NCBI GenBank assembly: GCA_040217195.1
Contig: JAVJNR010000003.1
Span: 128,001 to 192,000, forward strand
From: Leptospiraceae bacterium
GTDB taxonomy: Bacteria; Spirochaetota; Leptospiria; Leptospirales; Leptonemataceae
Length of the DNA: 64,000 nt
Direction: 5' to 3'
A program made the translations under genes and the position numbers. Under the pieces are notes generated by a model. The model ran no database searches. It saw only the letters and a program-made list of their open reading frames with translations, and was not told the origin of the DNA. Below are positions 1 to 9,111 of the stretch, piece by piece (position 1 is the first letter of the stretch; each line of letters begins with the position of its first letter).

Positions 1-870
1 TCTATGACGAAAGCATGCAGGTGCCAGTTCCTTAATATCATCTGCGATCACATAGTCCCGACCGTCCATCAGTGCAATTACTCGAGCGGTTCGTATTAGA
101 GCTATCCCCGCTCGTGGGGAACATCCAAGCTGGACCTCGATTCGTTTGCGACTTTCGCGCACAAGACGATTAACATATTCCAGAATGCTGTCGGAAAGGG
201 TAACTTTTTCGCAGAGCTGCATGGCATGAAGCACCCCCTTTGAATCCATAATAGGCTCCAGCTTTTCTGGTTCAGGTTCTCCCTGCCCTGCATGTTGCGA
301 ATAGATGCGAAACTCATCCATTTCAGCAGGATAATCAATAAACAATTTTACAAGGAATCGATCCAGCTGAGCTTCTGGCAGGTTATAAGTGCCTTCCGAT
401 TCCACTGGATTCTGGGTAGCCATAACAAAGAACGGTGCATCTACCTGAAAGGTGCTGTTATCCACTGTTATAGTGCCTTCCTGCATGATTTCAAGCAAAG
501 CCGAATGGGTCTTGGCCGGGGCACGATTAATTTCATCTGCCAGAAGAAGGTTGGTAAATACTGGTCCTTTATAGAATACAAATTTCTGATCTTTCTGATC
601 GTAGATATGCGAACCAGTAATATCTGAAGGCATTAGGTCGGGCGTAAATTGAATTCGGTTAAAATCACATCCCAGCAGACTTCCCAGAGTCCGCACCAGC
701 AAAGTCTTACCCAGGCCCGGCACACCTTCTATCAAAGCATGTCCTCCACCGAACAGGGCAGCCAGGATTCCACGGACCAGCTCTTCCTGCCCAACGTAAA
801 CTCTGGACATTTGCTCCTTTAGTTTTCGAATTACATCGCGCATCTGCGCCTGTTCCTGCTCGCCTAACAT
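1..870 (-). CDS. MoxR-family AAA+ ATPase (3' end truncated by window edge)
   Basis: Not in the ORF track; translated by hand from ATG at 870: MLGEQEQAQMRDVIRKLKEQMSRVYVGQEELV...HALIEGVPGLGKT (Walker A)...RIQFTPDLMPSDITG...ending ELAPACFRHR at position 1. These are MoxR signature motifs. Confidence 0.95.
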   Translation of the reverse strand, partial: MLGEQEQAQMRDVIRKLKEQMSRVYVGQEELVRGILAALFGGGHALIEGVPGLGKTLLVRTLGSLLGCDFNRIQFTPDLMPSDITGSHIYDQKDQKFVFYKGPVFTNLLLADEINRAPAKTHSALLEIMQEGTITVDNSTFQVDAPFFVMATQNPVESEGTYNLPEAQLDRFLVKLFIDYPAEMDEFRIYSQHAGQGEPEPEKLEPIMDSKGVLHAMQLCEKVTLSDSILEYVNRLVRESRKRIEVQLGCSPRAGIALIRTARVIALMDGRDYVIADDIKELAPACFRHR

Positions 871-873
871 TAT

Positions 874-2292
874 TTACTCCCAGAGTTTTCGCATCCTGTT
901 TAGAATGGTTTCCTCATCAACTTTGATATTCTGTTTTAGTTCCGGAAATACGGTATCAATACTCTGCTTTTTCTTCCAACGACTCAGCGGTGCCAGACCC
1001 TGTATACGATTCCTGGATCGCACCATACGACTTCCCAGAGCCTCGAAGTGTTCTTTGAAGTTTCTGGTGCCGGATTCCTGGGGCTGCAGTGGGGTTCTTT
1101 CATGGGGGAACCTGGCCCAGATAAAAACAATTAGAACCAGTATGAACTGTAGAAGTATGAGTCCCCAGGGCTCCTCTGCCAGAAGGAAGATTAAGCTCCT
1201 TTCCTCGGTGGCCCGCCTGCCGGCATTCACCAGACCTCGCTCCACATAGGTAACCTTTAACTTACCTTCTCTGACCGGATTTTCGCTCACTGCATGAAGC
1301 ATAAATGCTAGAAAGGATACGTTTTCCGATCGGGCCATATGCCAGTTCAGGAAAGGTTCACTGCCAGCCAGGATATAGACCGGAATTTGACCGTATTGTA
1401 TTCGTACCAGCAATGGTCTGCCGGCCACGGAAATGATGGTTCTATGTCCGGTTCGATACAATCTGTAATCACTCAGCTCTGTAATAGTTTCTTCGTCCAG
1501 TTCCGATTCCGGGATATTCACCGGCCCAAATCCTGGCTGTTTTGAAGGCTGCATTGAACGACGCACCGGCAACTGCATGGGAAGATTGCCGAATCTCTCT
1601 TTTGCGGATTCTAGATCCGGCACATCGGATCGCCAGTGAGGATAGTAATTCCAGGAACGATCCTGCTCTGGCATCTCAATTTTGGAATACCATTGATTCA
1701 TCGGAGGCCAGTTATCTTCGCTTAGAATGGGAATATCGCCCTGAAATTTCACAGGAAGCTCGGACGGAAATCGGTCTTCTGATCTGGGGCGGGTTTGTTC
1801 CATACCTAGAATGGGAGGATAAACCTCTCGCTGCCTATAGGTTCTGGCTATTTCATAGGCGGTTATCTTTTCTGCTATCTCACGGGCCGGGGTTTCCTCG
1901 GGCATATCCAGAGCAATCTTGCGCCAGACTTCTGCATTTGCATCGGTGTCCTTTAATATAATGAGCAAGGAAGCGCGGCTCTTTACTTCCTCATCGTCCC
2001 AACGATTGTTTAGCTCATTTAGAAGAGGTACCAACCTCTGGAATGCATCATCTCTTCCGTATCGATCCAGATATAGGATCACATCCTGCTGCTCGAAAAA
2101 TGAAGATTCCAGAAAACCCTTTCTCTGCAGATCAACATTCTGGCCCACCGCTTCTTCGAATAGATCAAATCCATTCACGCTTTCCACATTATCCAGGCCA
2201 TAATATTCCACAACCAGGGGATCCTGGCAGCCGATTAGAAAGAGGGCCAGGGTACCCACCACCGTTGGAACGTTTAAACGAAGAGCAGACAT
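874..2292 (-). CDS. Putative lipoprotein/membrane protein, DUF4350-like member of MoxR cluster
   Basis: 472 aa; N-terminal lipobox-like LFLIGC; C-terminal TM helix followed by RFP..P...F.EH.EALG pattern typical of genes preceding MoxR; TAATG overlap with upstream gene. Confidence 0.65.
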   Translation of the reverse strand: MSALRLNVPTVVGTLALFLIGCQDPLVVEYYGLDNVESVNGFDLFEEAVGQNVDLQRKGFLESSFFEQQDVILYLDRYGRDDAFQRLVPLLNELNNRWDDEEVKSRASLLIILKDTDANAEVWRKIALDMPEETPAREIAEKITAYEIARTYRQREVYPPILGMEQTRPRSEDRFPSELPVKFQGDIPILSEDNWPPMNQWYSKIEMPEQDRSWNYYPHWRSDVPDLESAKERFGNLPMQLPVRRSMQPSKQPGFGPVNIPESELDEETITELSDYRLYRTGHRTIISVAGRPLLVRIQYGQIPVYILAGSEPFLNWHMARSENVSFLAFMLHAVSENPVREGKLKVTYVERGLVNAGRRATEERSLIFLLAEEPWGLILLQFILVLIVFIWARFPHERTPLQPQESGTRNFKEHFEALGSRMVRSRNRIQGLAPLSRWKKKQSIDTVFPELKQNIKVDEETILNRMRKLWE

Positions 2293-3146
2293 TAACGGCC
2301 CACCCCTTGCAATTGCTTTTCCATCCGGTGGATTAACTGACGGTAGAAGTCCGGCGATCGCGGTCTCAAAGCATACACGGTTTCCTCGAAGGCTGGCGAT
2401 AGATCATCGGCCAGCTCAACGAATGAAGTGGGGGCCACATTGCGCACCAGACGTTGGAATTCCCGTGGAGTAAAGCCAGTCCGTCTGGCCAGATACTTTT
2501 CCGAATGACTGAAGCGAACTAGAATTTCAAGCAGTGTTTCCATTACATCGGAAAACCGCCCTTCCTCCAGAGCCCTGATTGCATCATCGAAGAGAGGATC
2601 TCTTTTGCGGACCTGCTCGGTAGAATGGGCCAGATCCGGTAAATCCGTTTCCGTGGACCGAGCTCTACGTTGAAAAGAAACTCCGTTTCGAAACAGGTAA
2701 AAAAGAAGTAAGACGACTACAGCCCCCAGGGCCACCCATAGAATGATAATTGGATTAAAGACCGGCAAACCACCGCTACTACGCTCCCTTTCCGGACGCT
2801 TCCGGGTATAGGGCTCCAGGTCCTCCTCGGTATAAGTTCTGTAGTCCCGATTTTCAAAATCATACCAGGACATTTCCTTGAGCTTCTTTTCGTAGGTACT
2901 TAAATCCTCTTTCGAATCGCCAGACCCTGGAATAAAATCAGCTGCATCTTCGCAGGAAATAGAAGCTAGACCAAGAAAGGAAATTAAGATCAAAGCGCAG
3001 ATGCGAGGCATCGAACGCAAAAAAGGGTTAGCAGAATAACGGTTGGCACTACTATTGCTGCGAACCGTGCTACCATGTGGCGAAATGCATTTTTTCAGGT
3101 ACATCCCTGGTTGCCAAAAATACGATCTAAGAAAATCCCCCCCCAT
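2292..3146 (-). CDS. DUF4129-like membrane protein
   Basis: TM helix then ...TPREF...FEETVY C-terminal pattern (DUF4129-like). Start is either 3146 (TGATG overlap) or 3011 (MPRICALILISFLGLASISC, lipobox-like). Confidence 0.65.
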   Translation of the reverse strand: MGGDFLRSYFWQPGMYLKKCISPHGSTVRSNSSANRYSANPFLRSMPRICALILISFLGLASISCEDAADFIPGSGDSKEDLSTYEKKLKEMSWYDFENRDYRTYTEEDLEPYTRKRPERERSSGGLPVFNPIIILWVALGAVVVLLLFYLFRNGVSFQRRARSTETDLPDLAHSTEQVRKRDPLFDDAIRALEEGRFSDVMETLLEILVRFSHSEKYLARRTGFTPREFQRLVRNVAPTSFVELADDLSPAFEETVYALRPRSPDFYRQLIHRMEKQLQGVGR

Positions 3147-3955
3147 CAGGAAATCCTCTTTTGAGAAGTCATTTCATCCAGACCTCGGATGAATTGTAAT
3201 TCCAGGTCCCAGCCCTCCAGGAAAGTTCGCGCATCCACATAGAACAGGAATCTGGACACAGCAAAGAATATAGAGTAGCAAAAGACTAGAAAGATAAACA
3301 GCAAAGAACTCAGCGAAAAGGATGTATACGATTCATAGTTTTGAATCCTCAGTATTTCAAAAACGGCTTCAAAAAAGGAAAAGGCCAGAAAGATGGCAAT
3401 CCAGAATAAAATAAGATGAAATAGCCAGAAGGTAAACACCTGCAATGCACTGGTAAGAGATGAAATCCTCTTTCGCATGTCCTTTCCACGAAGCCCCTCC
3501 AGAAAAAGCACCTCGGGCCTGTAGAAGCCTCTAATCAGAACATTCCATATTGTAATTAGAAGTGGAGCCAGAATGGTGAGCTGAATAAAATATGGAATTA
3601 CAATGCGAAAGATAAAAGGAAAGAGAGTGCGAAATGTATCCTTCCAGATTGTCTTGTCCTTTACATCGGCTTCAAAAAGCCAGCGGGCATTCATGTGAAA
3701 AATGGGGATCTGCAACACCATGACCTGAAGCATCAATACAGGTAGCATGAGAATCTGAACTACCTCCGGATCTCCTTCCGAAGAGGTTTCCAGCAGCAGA
3801 ATCAGCCCGGCATCTACCAGAAGAAACAATATCATCACAGGTAACAGAATTCGAATTATCTGCCCCAGCTTTTCCCGGATTACTACAAAGGCAAAATCCA
3901 GGATTTCCTCTGCTCTTCGTTTACGTAGCTCGTATTGTATCCGTCGTACGTCCAG
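3146..3955 (-). CDS. Multi-pass membrane protein of MoxR/SpoIIM cluster
   Basis: Several hydrophobic helices, C-terminal YVDARTFLEGWDLEL motif. Start is uncertain: CTG at 3955 follows a GGAGG; the ORF track gives TTG at 3979. Confidence 0.75.
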   Translation of the reverse strand: MDVRRIQYELRKRRAEEILDFAFVVIREKLGQIIRILLPVMILFLLVDAGLILLLETSSEGDPEVVQILMLPVLMLQVMVLQIPIFHMNARWLFEADVKDKTIWKDTFRTLFPFIFRIVIPYFIQLTILAPLLITIWNVLIRGFYRPEVLFLEGLRGKDMRKRISSLTSALQVFTFWLFHLILFWIAIFLAFSFFEAVFEILRIQNYESYTSFSLSSLLFIFLVFCYSIFFAVSRFLFYVDARTFLEGWDLELQFIRGLDEMTSQKRIS

Positions 3956-4904
3956 AATGAGCCCTCCAGCCCAGAACAATGAAATAAAGGAACAGAATCA
4001 ATAGACAGGTGCCCCCAATGGCTCCCTTTACATAAGTTGGCAGATCCGAAGGAGCAACAAATCCCTCAATGAAAGCCGCGATAAAAGTCAAAATCACATC
4101 TGCTACCAGAGCGGGAACACTTCGTAATCCGGCCTCGGTCACAGCACGAATACGAGTTAGATTGCCGGGACTAAAGAATGCAAAACCTGTTCGCATTCCG
4201 GCTCCTGCAGCCAGACCAATTGCAGTTAATTCAAAGGGACCATGAGCCAATATCCAGTTCAAGATATTGTCTCTTGCCGGAGAATGAAGCAAAAATCCGA
4301 TCAGCGTTCCCAGGTAAAATCCATTGTACACCAGCATGTAAAGCGAGCCAACACCGGCAAGAATTCCCAGCCCATAGCATAGAAGCGATATGCTAAGATT
4401 GTTTAAAACATAGCCGCTACTTCCAATCAAGGCATCGCCTGCACTCAGTTCATCCCTGTCCCCGGAATGCATGGACTCGTACTGCTGCAGGGTTGCCTCG
4501 CCCAGAATGGAGGAAGCGAAATCGCGATACTGATAGCCCAGCACTCCGGTAATGGTAAAAAGTATATAGAAAATCGCAATGCAGCTCCAGGCATATTTGT
4601 CAGAGAATACTCCGGCTGGAAGAGTCTCCAGAAGGAACTTCCGGATTCTACCTCTATCCTTTCTACCGGAATGCAGAAAACTGTGGGCCCGGCTAACCAG
4701 GTTTTGCAATCGATCTGTAAGATCCTCTGGCAGGCGATAAACCGTTGCCAGGGAAAGGTCTGTTGTCACCTTTCGATAGAGTCTGGAAAATTCGCGCAAC
4801 TCCTCCGAGCCGGCTCCCATGGGATTGTATTCCAATTGCTGCAATAAAGTCTGGAAGCGATTCCAATCGGGATTGCATTTCTCTATCCAGGCTGCAGGGG
4901 TCAT
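3921..4904 (-). CDS. Stage II sporulation protein M (SpoIIM/DUF95)-family membrane protein
   Basis: LYRKVTTDLS N-terminal motif, NN...NG..LG, ILAHGPFELTAI and AAFIEGFV motifs. Confidence 0.9.
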   Translation of the reverse strand: MTPAAWIEKCNPDWNRFQTLLQQLEYNPMGAGSEELREFSRLYRKVTTDLSLATVYRLPEDLTDRLQNLVSRAHSFLHSGRKDRGRIRKFLLETLPAGVFSDKYAWSCIAIFYILFTITGVLGYQYRDFASSILGEATLQQYESMHSGDRDELSAGDALIGSSGYVLNNLSISLLCYGLGILAGVGSLYMLVYNGFYLGTLIGFLLHSPARDNILNWILAHGPFELTAIGLAAGAGMRTGFAFFSPGNLTRIRAVTEAGLRSVPALVADVILTFIAAFIEGFVAPSDLPTYVKGAIGGTCLLILFLYFIVLGWRAHSGRTTDTIRAT

Positions 4905-5063
4905 AGGAAAGTCCGATCTACGACGTAGCCAGGTATAGTGGTCAAGAAGAATCCTGCAACTGCCTGCCTTTGCTGTTAAACATCCATCGACTTATTCATT
5001 AAAAAGGGTCAAACCGGCACTTTTTTTCCTTGATTCTAAACAGGCAGAGTTACCATAGATTCC

Positions 5064-6035
5064 ATGCCTCAGCCCATTGATAATGAAGAACTAGAACATG
5101 TACTGCAGAAGTGGACCTCCACACCTTACGGAAGAAAAACCTTCCTGGCAGCAATCCCTACCCTTATGGCCGCCTGCGTTTCCGGAGATAGATCCCGGGA
5201 GGGTGACAACACCGGTCAGGATTCCGCACTTACTGTTGAACAAGAAATGCAGCTCACTAAAGCCGTGCTTCCGGAGCTGGAAAAGGATTTCCCCAGAATG
5301 CAGAATGGAGCTGTACAGGGGTACGTAAATCGCGTAGGTCAAACTATCGTAGCTCGTAATGGACTGGCACGAAATCCATACACTTACACTTTTCGAGTAG
5401 TTGAAGCTCCGTATCCCAATGCATTTGCTCTTCCTGCAGGGACCATCTTCGTTACCCGCCCGCTGGTAGCGATGGCAGAGACCGAAGCAGAACTGGCCGG
5501 AGTGCTGGGACATGAAATAGGCCACATCAAAGCAAGACACACTGCAGAGAGAATGCAGGATGAAAAGGATGACTGGCTTTACACTGGAATCGGAGCCTTG
5601 ATTGGAGCTCTGCTGGGTTACGGCATCGGACGCTCAGCATGTCCCAAAGGCGATAGTGACTGTGTGACCTCGGCCACTCTTATTGGCACCGGACTGGGAG
5701 CCGGAGCCGGGTATCTGATCAGCAAGTATGCATTCTTCGCAAATTCCCAGGAAGATGAAATGGAAGCAGATCGGGTGGCCTTCCGCACAGCCGTAAAGAC
5801 TGGCTACCATAAGGACTATGTTGGAAAGTTCTACGAAAAACTGTACATGATTGAATCCGGCGGTGACGATGAAAGCGAACTGTTTTCAAAACTAAACGAT
5901 GCAATGACCACGCATCCACCGGCAGAAGAGCGAGTGAAGCAAATGCATGAACTGGCCTCATCGGTGGGCGGCGCCGGAAATGGAATAGTCTCCACTCCCT
6001 ATTTCGACAACATTCGAAAAGCCTGCGATGCCTGA
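5064..6035 (+). CDS. M48-family zinc metallopeptidase (BepA/LoiP-like)
   Basis: PNAFALPAG, ELAGVLGHEIGH (HExxH), EDEMEAD and THP motifs. Confidence 0.92.
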   Translation: MPQPIDNEELEHVLQKWTSTPYGRKTFLAAIPTLMAACVSGDRSREGDNTGQDSALTVEQEMQLTKAVLPELEKDFPRMQNGAVQGYVNRVGQTIVARNGLARNPYTYTFRVVEAPYPNAFALPAGTIFVTRPLVAMAETEAELAGVLGHEIGHIKARHTAERMQDEKDDWLYTGIGALIGALLGYGIGRSACPKGDSDCVTSATLIGTGLGAGAGYLISKYAFFANSQEDEMEADRVAFRTAVKTGYHKDYVGKFYEKLYMIESGGDDESELFSKLNDAMTTHPPAEERVKQMHELASSVGGAGNGIVSTPYFDNIRKACDA

Positions 6036-6855
6036 TAGTTCCCACCGATCAGAAATAGAGCAAGCCTTGAGGGCCACAGATTCTGTGGCCCTTTCTTATT
6101 CCTTGACCCGGTCCAATGCCCGGGCTGCTCCGGTGGTGCTGATTCATGGCCTCTTCGGTTCCTCCAGAAACTGGCAATCTATTGCACAGGATCTGTCTGA
6201 TAGAGGTCCGGTTTACAGCATAGATCAGAGAAACCACGGAAATAGTCCGCATACAGAGACGCATACACTTTATGACATGGTTGCCGATCTGAAGCGATGG
6301 CACGATGAAAATCTTTCGCAGAAAGCCGTCTATGTGGGACATTCCATGGGCGGACTGGCAGTCATGGGACTGGCACTGATCTTTCCAGAGCTTGTAGAGA
6401 AACTTGTTGTAGTTGATATCGCCCCTCGTAGCTACGAACCACATCATGACCTGGAGTTTCAGGCCCTGGAAATGGATGTCTCTGGTTTTAAAAGTCGATC
6501 TGAAATAGACCAGGCAATGGCTACCATACATCCAACAGCGGCGGTGCGAAAATTTCTACAGATGAATCTGGACCGGGACTCCAGTGGCTATCGCTGGAGC
6601 ATTAATGTCAGGCCGTTGCGAAAGGCTACCTATCTGGACGGATTTCAACAGCAGTTTCCGGATCTTGTATTTGAAGGACCTGCGCTGATTATTAAAGGTG
6701 AATTGTCCGATTATATTCAGGACAGAGATCGGGAGCTTTTTTCAAGATATTTTCCATCCAGTCGACTGGTTGAATTGAAAGAAGCAGATCACTGGTTGCA
6801 TTACAGCGCCCAGAAAGCCTTTGTACAGACTTTGCGAATGTTTCTGGATGCCTGA
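6028..6855 (+). CDS. Alpha/beta hydrolase (YbfF/ABHD11-like esterase)
   Basis: LIHGLFGS, DQRNHG, GHSMGG nucleophile elbow, VDIAP, HWLH. Confidence 0.92.
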   Translation: MPDSSHRSEIEQALRATDSVALSYSLTRSNARAAPVVLIHGLFGSSRNWQSIAQDLSDRGPVYSIDQRNHGNSPHTETHTLYDMVADLKRWHDENLSQKAVYVGHSMGGLAVMGLALIFPELVEKLVVVDIAPRSYEPHHDLEFQALEMDVSGFKSRSEIDQAMATIHPTAAVRKFLQMNLDRDSSGYRWSINVRPLRKATYLDGFQQQFPDLVFEGPALIIKGELSDYIQDRDRELFSRYFPSSRLVELKEADHWLHYSAQKAFVQTLRMFLDA

Positions 6856-6913
6856 ATTTGGAAGAATCAGACTTGCAAGCTACTAACATGGAACAATGGT
6901 ATAAAGATCTTAG

Positions 6914-8017
6914 ATGTTAAAAACTCTCGCAAACAGTCTGATCATCTTATTTCTTTGCCTGTCTATGGCCGTCCAATGCAAGCCTGGCCTGGACTGCCGA
7001 CTGGAAGACAGCGCCTGCAATGCTTTCGCGCTTAGCTCTTTGCTATTATCCACCTCACTGGATTTTCAGGTGCCTCATACACAGCAGTCCTTGTGCTACG
7101 ATGGCACGGCCGCTCAGAGTTGTCCGGTGTCCGGCTTTCCCCGTCAGGACGCAGACCATTTTAGAGCCAGATCGTTTATAGGTTTGAATCATGGCGAAAT
7201 AGCCAGGGACCGGGAAACAGGGATCTTATGGAGACGATGCCTTCTGGGGCAGAACTGGGACGGAAGTAATTGTTCCGGAACGGCGACGGCCAGGAATTAT
7301 GCCGATGCTCAAAGTCAATGTGCAGCTCTTTCAGATTCGCCCTACGGGCCCTGGAGGTTACCCAATTTCCGGGAGCTGAATACTTTCTTCCAATACTCGG
7401 GAAGCAGTCCGGCAATTATTTCCGGCGTTTTTCAGAATTACCCCACGACATTGGGACTCTGGTCCAATAGAACCCTGGAAGCGAATACGGCGAATGCACT
7501 GGCAATTAACCTTGCCACTGGCGCAGTGCTCAGTTATGCTAAAACGAATACGCGATACGTTCAATGTGTAACTGGGCCTGAATTACCTCTGGCAAACTTT
7601 ATCACAGTTCAGCCGGGAGTCGTTCAGGATTTAACCACTGGCTCCCACTGGACCAGCTGCCCATTAATGGCTTCTGGAATTCTGGACACCTCTTCCAATT
7701 GTGCCGGACCCCTGCAGAGTACCAACTGGACTACAGCGCTGCAGCAATGCGCCGCTCTGGATGGTACAGCCGGAATTTATGGTTGGAGAATTCCAACAAT
7801 TCTGGAATTGTTTTCCATTCCGGATTATACAAGTTCCAGCGGTCGCATGTTTAATGATGCTTACTTCCCGAATGGTCCCACCGGCGTCTGGGTATCTACT
7901 ACAGCCGTTTACTCTGCCCTCACGGATGGTTTTCAGATTCGCACCACAGCCACGCCTTTTGACTCTCAGCTTTCACCCAAAACCTCCACCCTTCCTCATC
8001 TTTGCATAGCACCCTGA
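6914..8017 (+). CDS. DUF1566 (Lcl-type C-type-lectin-like) domain lipoprotein, two domains
   Basis: Lipobox-like MAVQC; two repeats of D..TG..W..C ... WR(L/I)P...EL ... W.S/T ... C. Confidence 0.85.
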   Translation: MLKTLANSLIILFLCLSMAVQCKPGLDCRLEDSACNAFALSSLLLSTSLDFQVPHTQQSLCYDGTAAQSCPVSGFPRQDADHFRARSFIGLNHGEIARDRETGILWRRCLLGQNWDGSNCSGTATARNYADAQSQCAALSDSPYGPWRLPNFRELNTFFQYSGSSPAIISGVFQNYPTTLGLWSNRTLEANTANALAINLATGAVLSYAKTNTRYVQCVTGPELPLANFITVQPGVVQDLTTGSHWTSCPLMASGILDTSSNCAGPLQSTNWTTALQQCAALDGTAGIYGWRIPTILELFSIPDYTSSSGRMFNDAYFPNGPTGVWVSTTAVYSALTDGFQIRTTATPFDSQLSPKTSTLPHLCIAP

Positions 8018-8152
8018 GACTGAAGGTCTCGGGAGTTCATCGTATTTTATTCGCTGGAATTGGAGCTATATGCCTGACTATTTCAGCCCTGCAATGGGCA
8101 TTCAATGGGTATTCTCTCTTATGCCTGTCCCCAGAGGGCTCAGTTGCGGCTG

Positions 8153-9055
8153 CTAGAATTCCCTGGATGCCTGATCCAGAAAAGCTTTCTCCTTTCGAGT
8201 GAGCGAATCCATCCCTTCGGTGCTAATCTTCTCCAGCAATCGATCCACCTCCTCTTTCATGGAGATGCGACGATCTATCTCGGCTTGTTTTTTCGCCAGG
8301 CGCTTCTTCTTTTTGCGACTTTCCCACCAGTCAAAGAGCCCGCCGCCCTCCTTTTCCTTGAGATGCTCGGCGCCAATACCGCTGCTTATAGAGGAGCTAC
8401 GAGTGGAACTCTGGAAGCCACTTTGACTTTCAGCCATGACTCGTCCCCTTCGGGCATGATAGAACAGATAGAGAGCTCCCGCCAGGGCTCCACCAGAATA
8501 CAGAATCACAGTGTCCAACCCTCCGCCCAGAGCGGAAAGAAAAATGAATACAAACAGACCCAGAACCAGCCATTTCATTTTCACAGGGAAGACAAAGAAT
8601 AGAAGAACCTGCCGATCTGGCCAGATTACAGCATAGGCGACCAGCATTCCGGCAATTCCAGCACCCATGCCCCAGACCACCACAGGAAGAAAGGCGCCAA
8701 CAGCAGCCCAGACCATGACTCCACCCAGTAGAGAAATGAAGTAGTACTTCAGGAAATGGCGCCGGCCCCACAGAATCTCCAGCTGGGATCCGAAACCGTA
8801 GATTATGATCACCTCGAATAGAATGGATATGAACTTACCAAAGAATGGGGCTCCAGGACGAGGGTCCGTTACAAAAATGTGAGTGAGAATCTGGGCGGGG
8901 TGAAAATTCTGACCAAAATGCAGGGCCAGCGGGCTAATTTGCGTCCCCATGGACCCTGCGATGACTTCCAGAACGAACGCGGACCCCAGAAGTACCAGAA
9001 TCCTGAGTACACCCTGGGATACCGGAGGGACGGAGATCTGTGAACCAGCCTGCAT
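8153..9055 (-). CDS. Rhomboid-family membrane protein with C-terminal DUF6576-like tail (catalytic residues apparently absent)
   Basis: FG..LE..WG...FL.YY, P....LLFF.FPVKMKW; C-terminal EVDRLLEKIS..GMDSLT.KEK.FL. Confidence 0.85.
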   Translation of the reverse strand: MQAGSQISVPPVSQGVLRILVLLGSAFVLEVIAGSMGTQISPLALHFGQNFHPAQILTHIFVTDPRPGAPFFGKFISILFEVIIIYGFGSQLEILWGRRHFLKYYFISLLGGVMVWAAVGAFLPVVVWGMGAGIAGMLVAYAVIWPDRQVLLFFVFPVKMKWLVLGLFVFIFLSALGGGLDTVILYSGGALAGALYLFYHARRGRVMAESQSGFQSSTRSSSISSGIGAEHLKEKEGGGLFDWWESRKKKKRLAKKQAEIDRRISMKEEVDRLLEKISTEGMDSLTRKEKAFLDQASREF

Positions 9056-9111
9056 GATTCCGTAATCGTTCTAAGAACTCATACTAGCAAGCACAACAAG
9101 AGGGGTATCCT

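Noticed and set aside
102..627. Short ORFs 102-338 and 292-627
   Set aside because: Shadows of the MoxR reading frame.
3921..4904. Evidence of sporulation from SpoIIM-like and SPL-like genes
   Set aside because: Both families are widespread in non-sporulating bacteria, and no other sporulation genes are present.
6914..8017. DUF1566 protein as a diversity-generating retroelement target
   Set aside because: No reverse transcriptase is present and I saw no adenine-variant template copy of its 3' end in the window.
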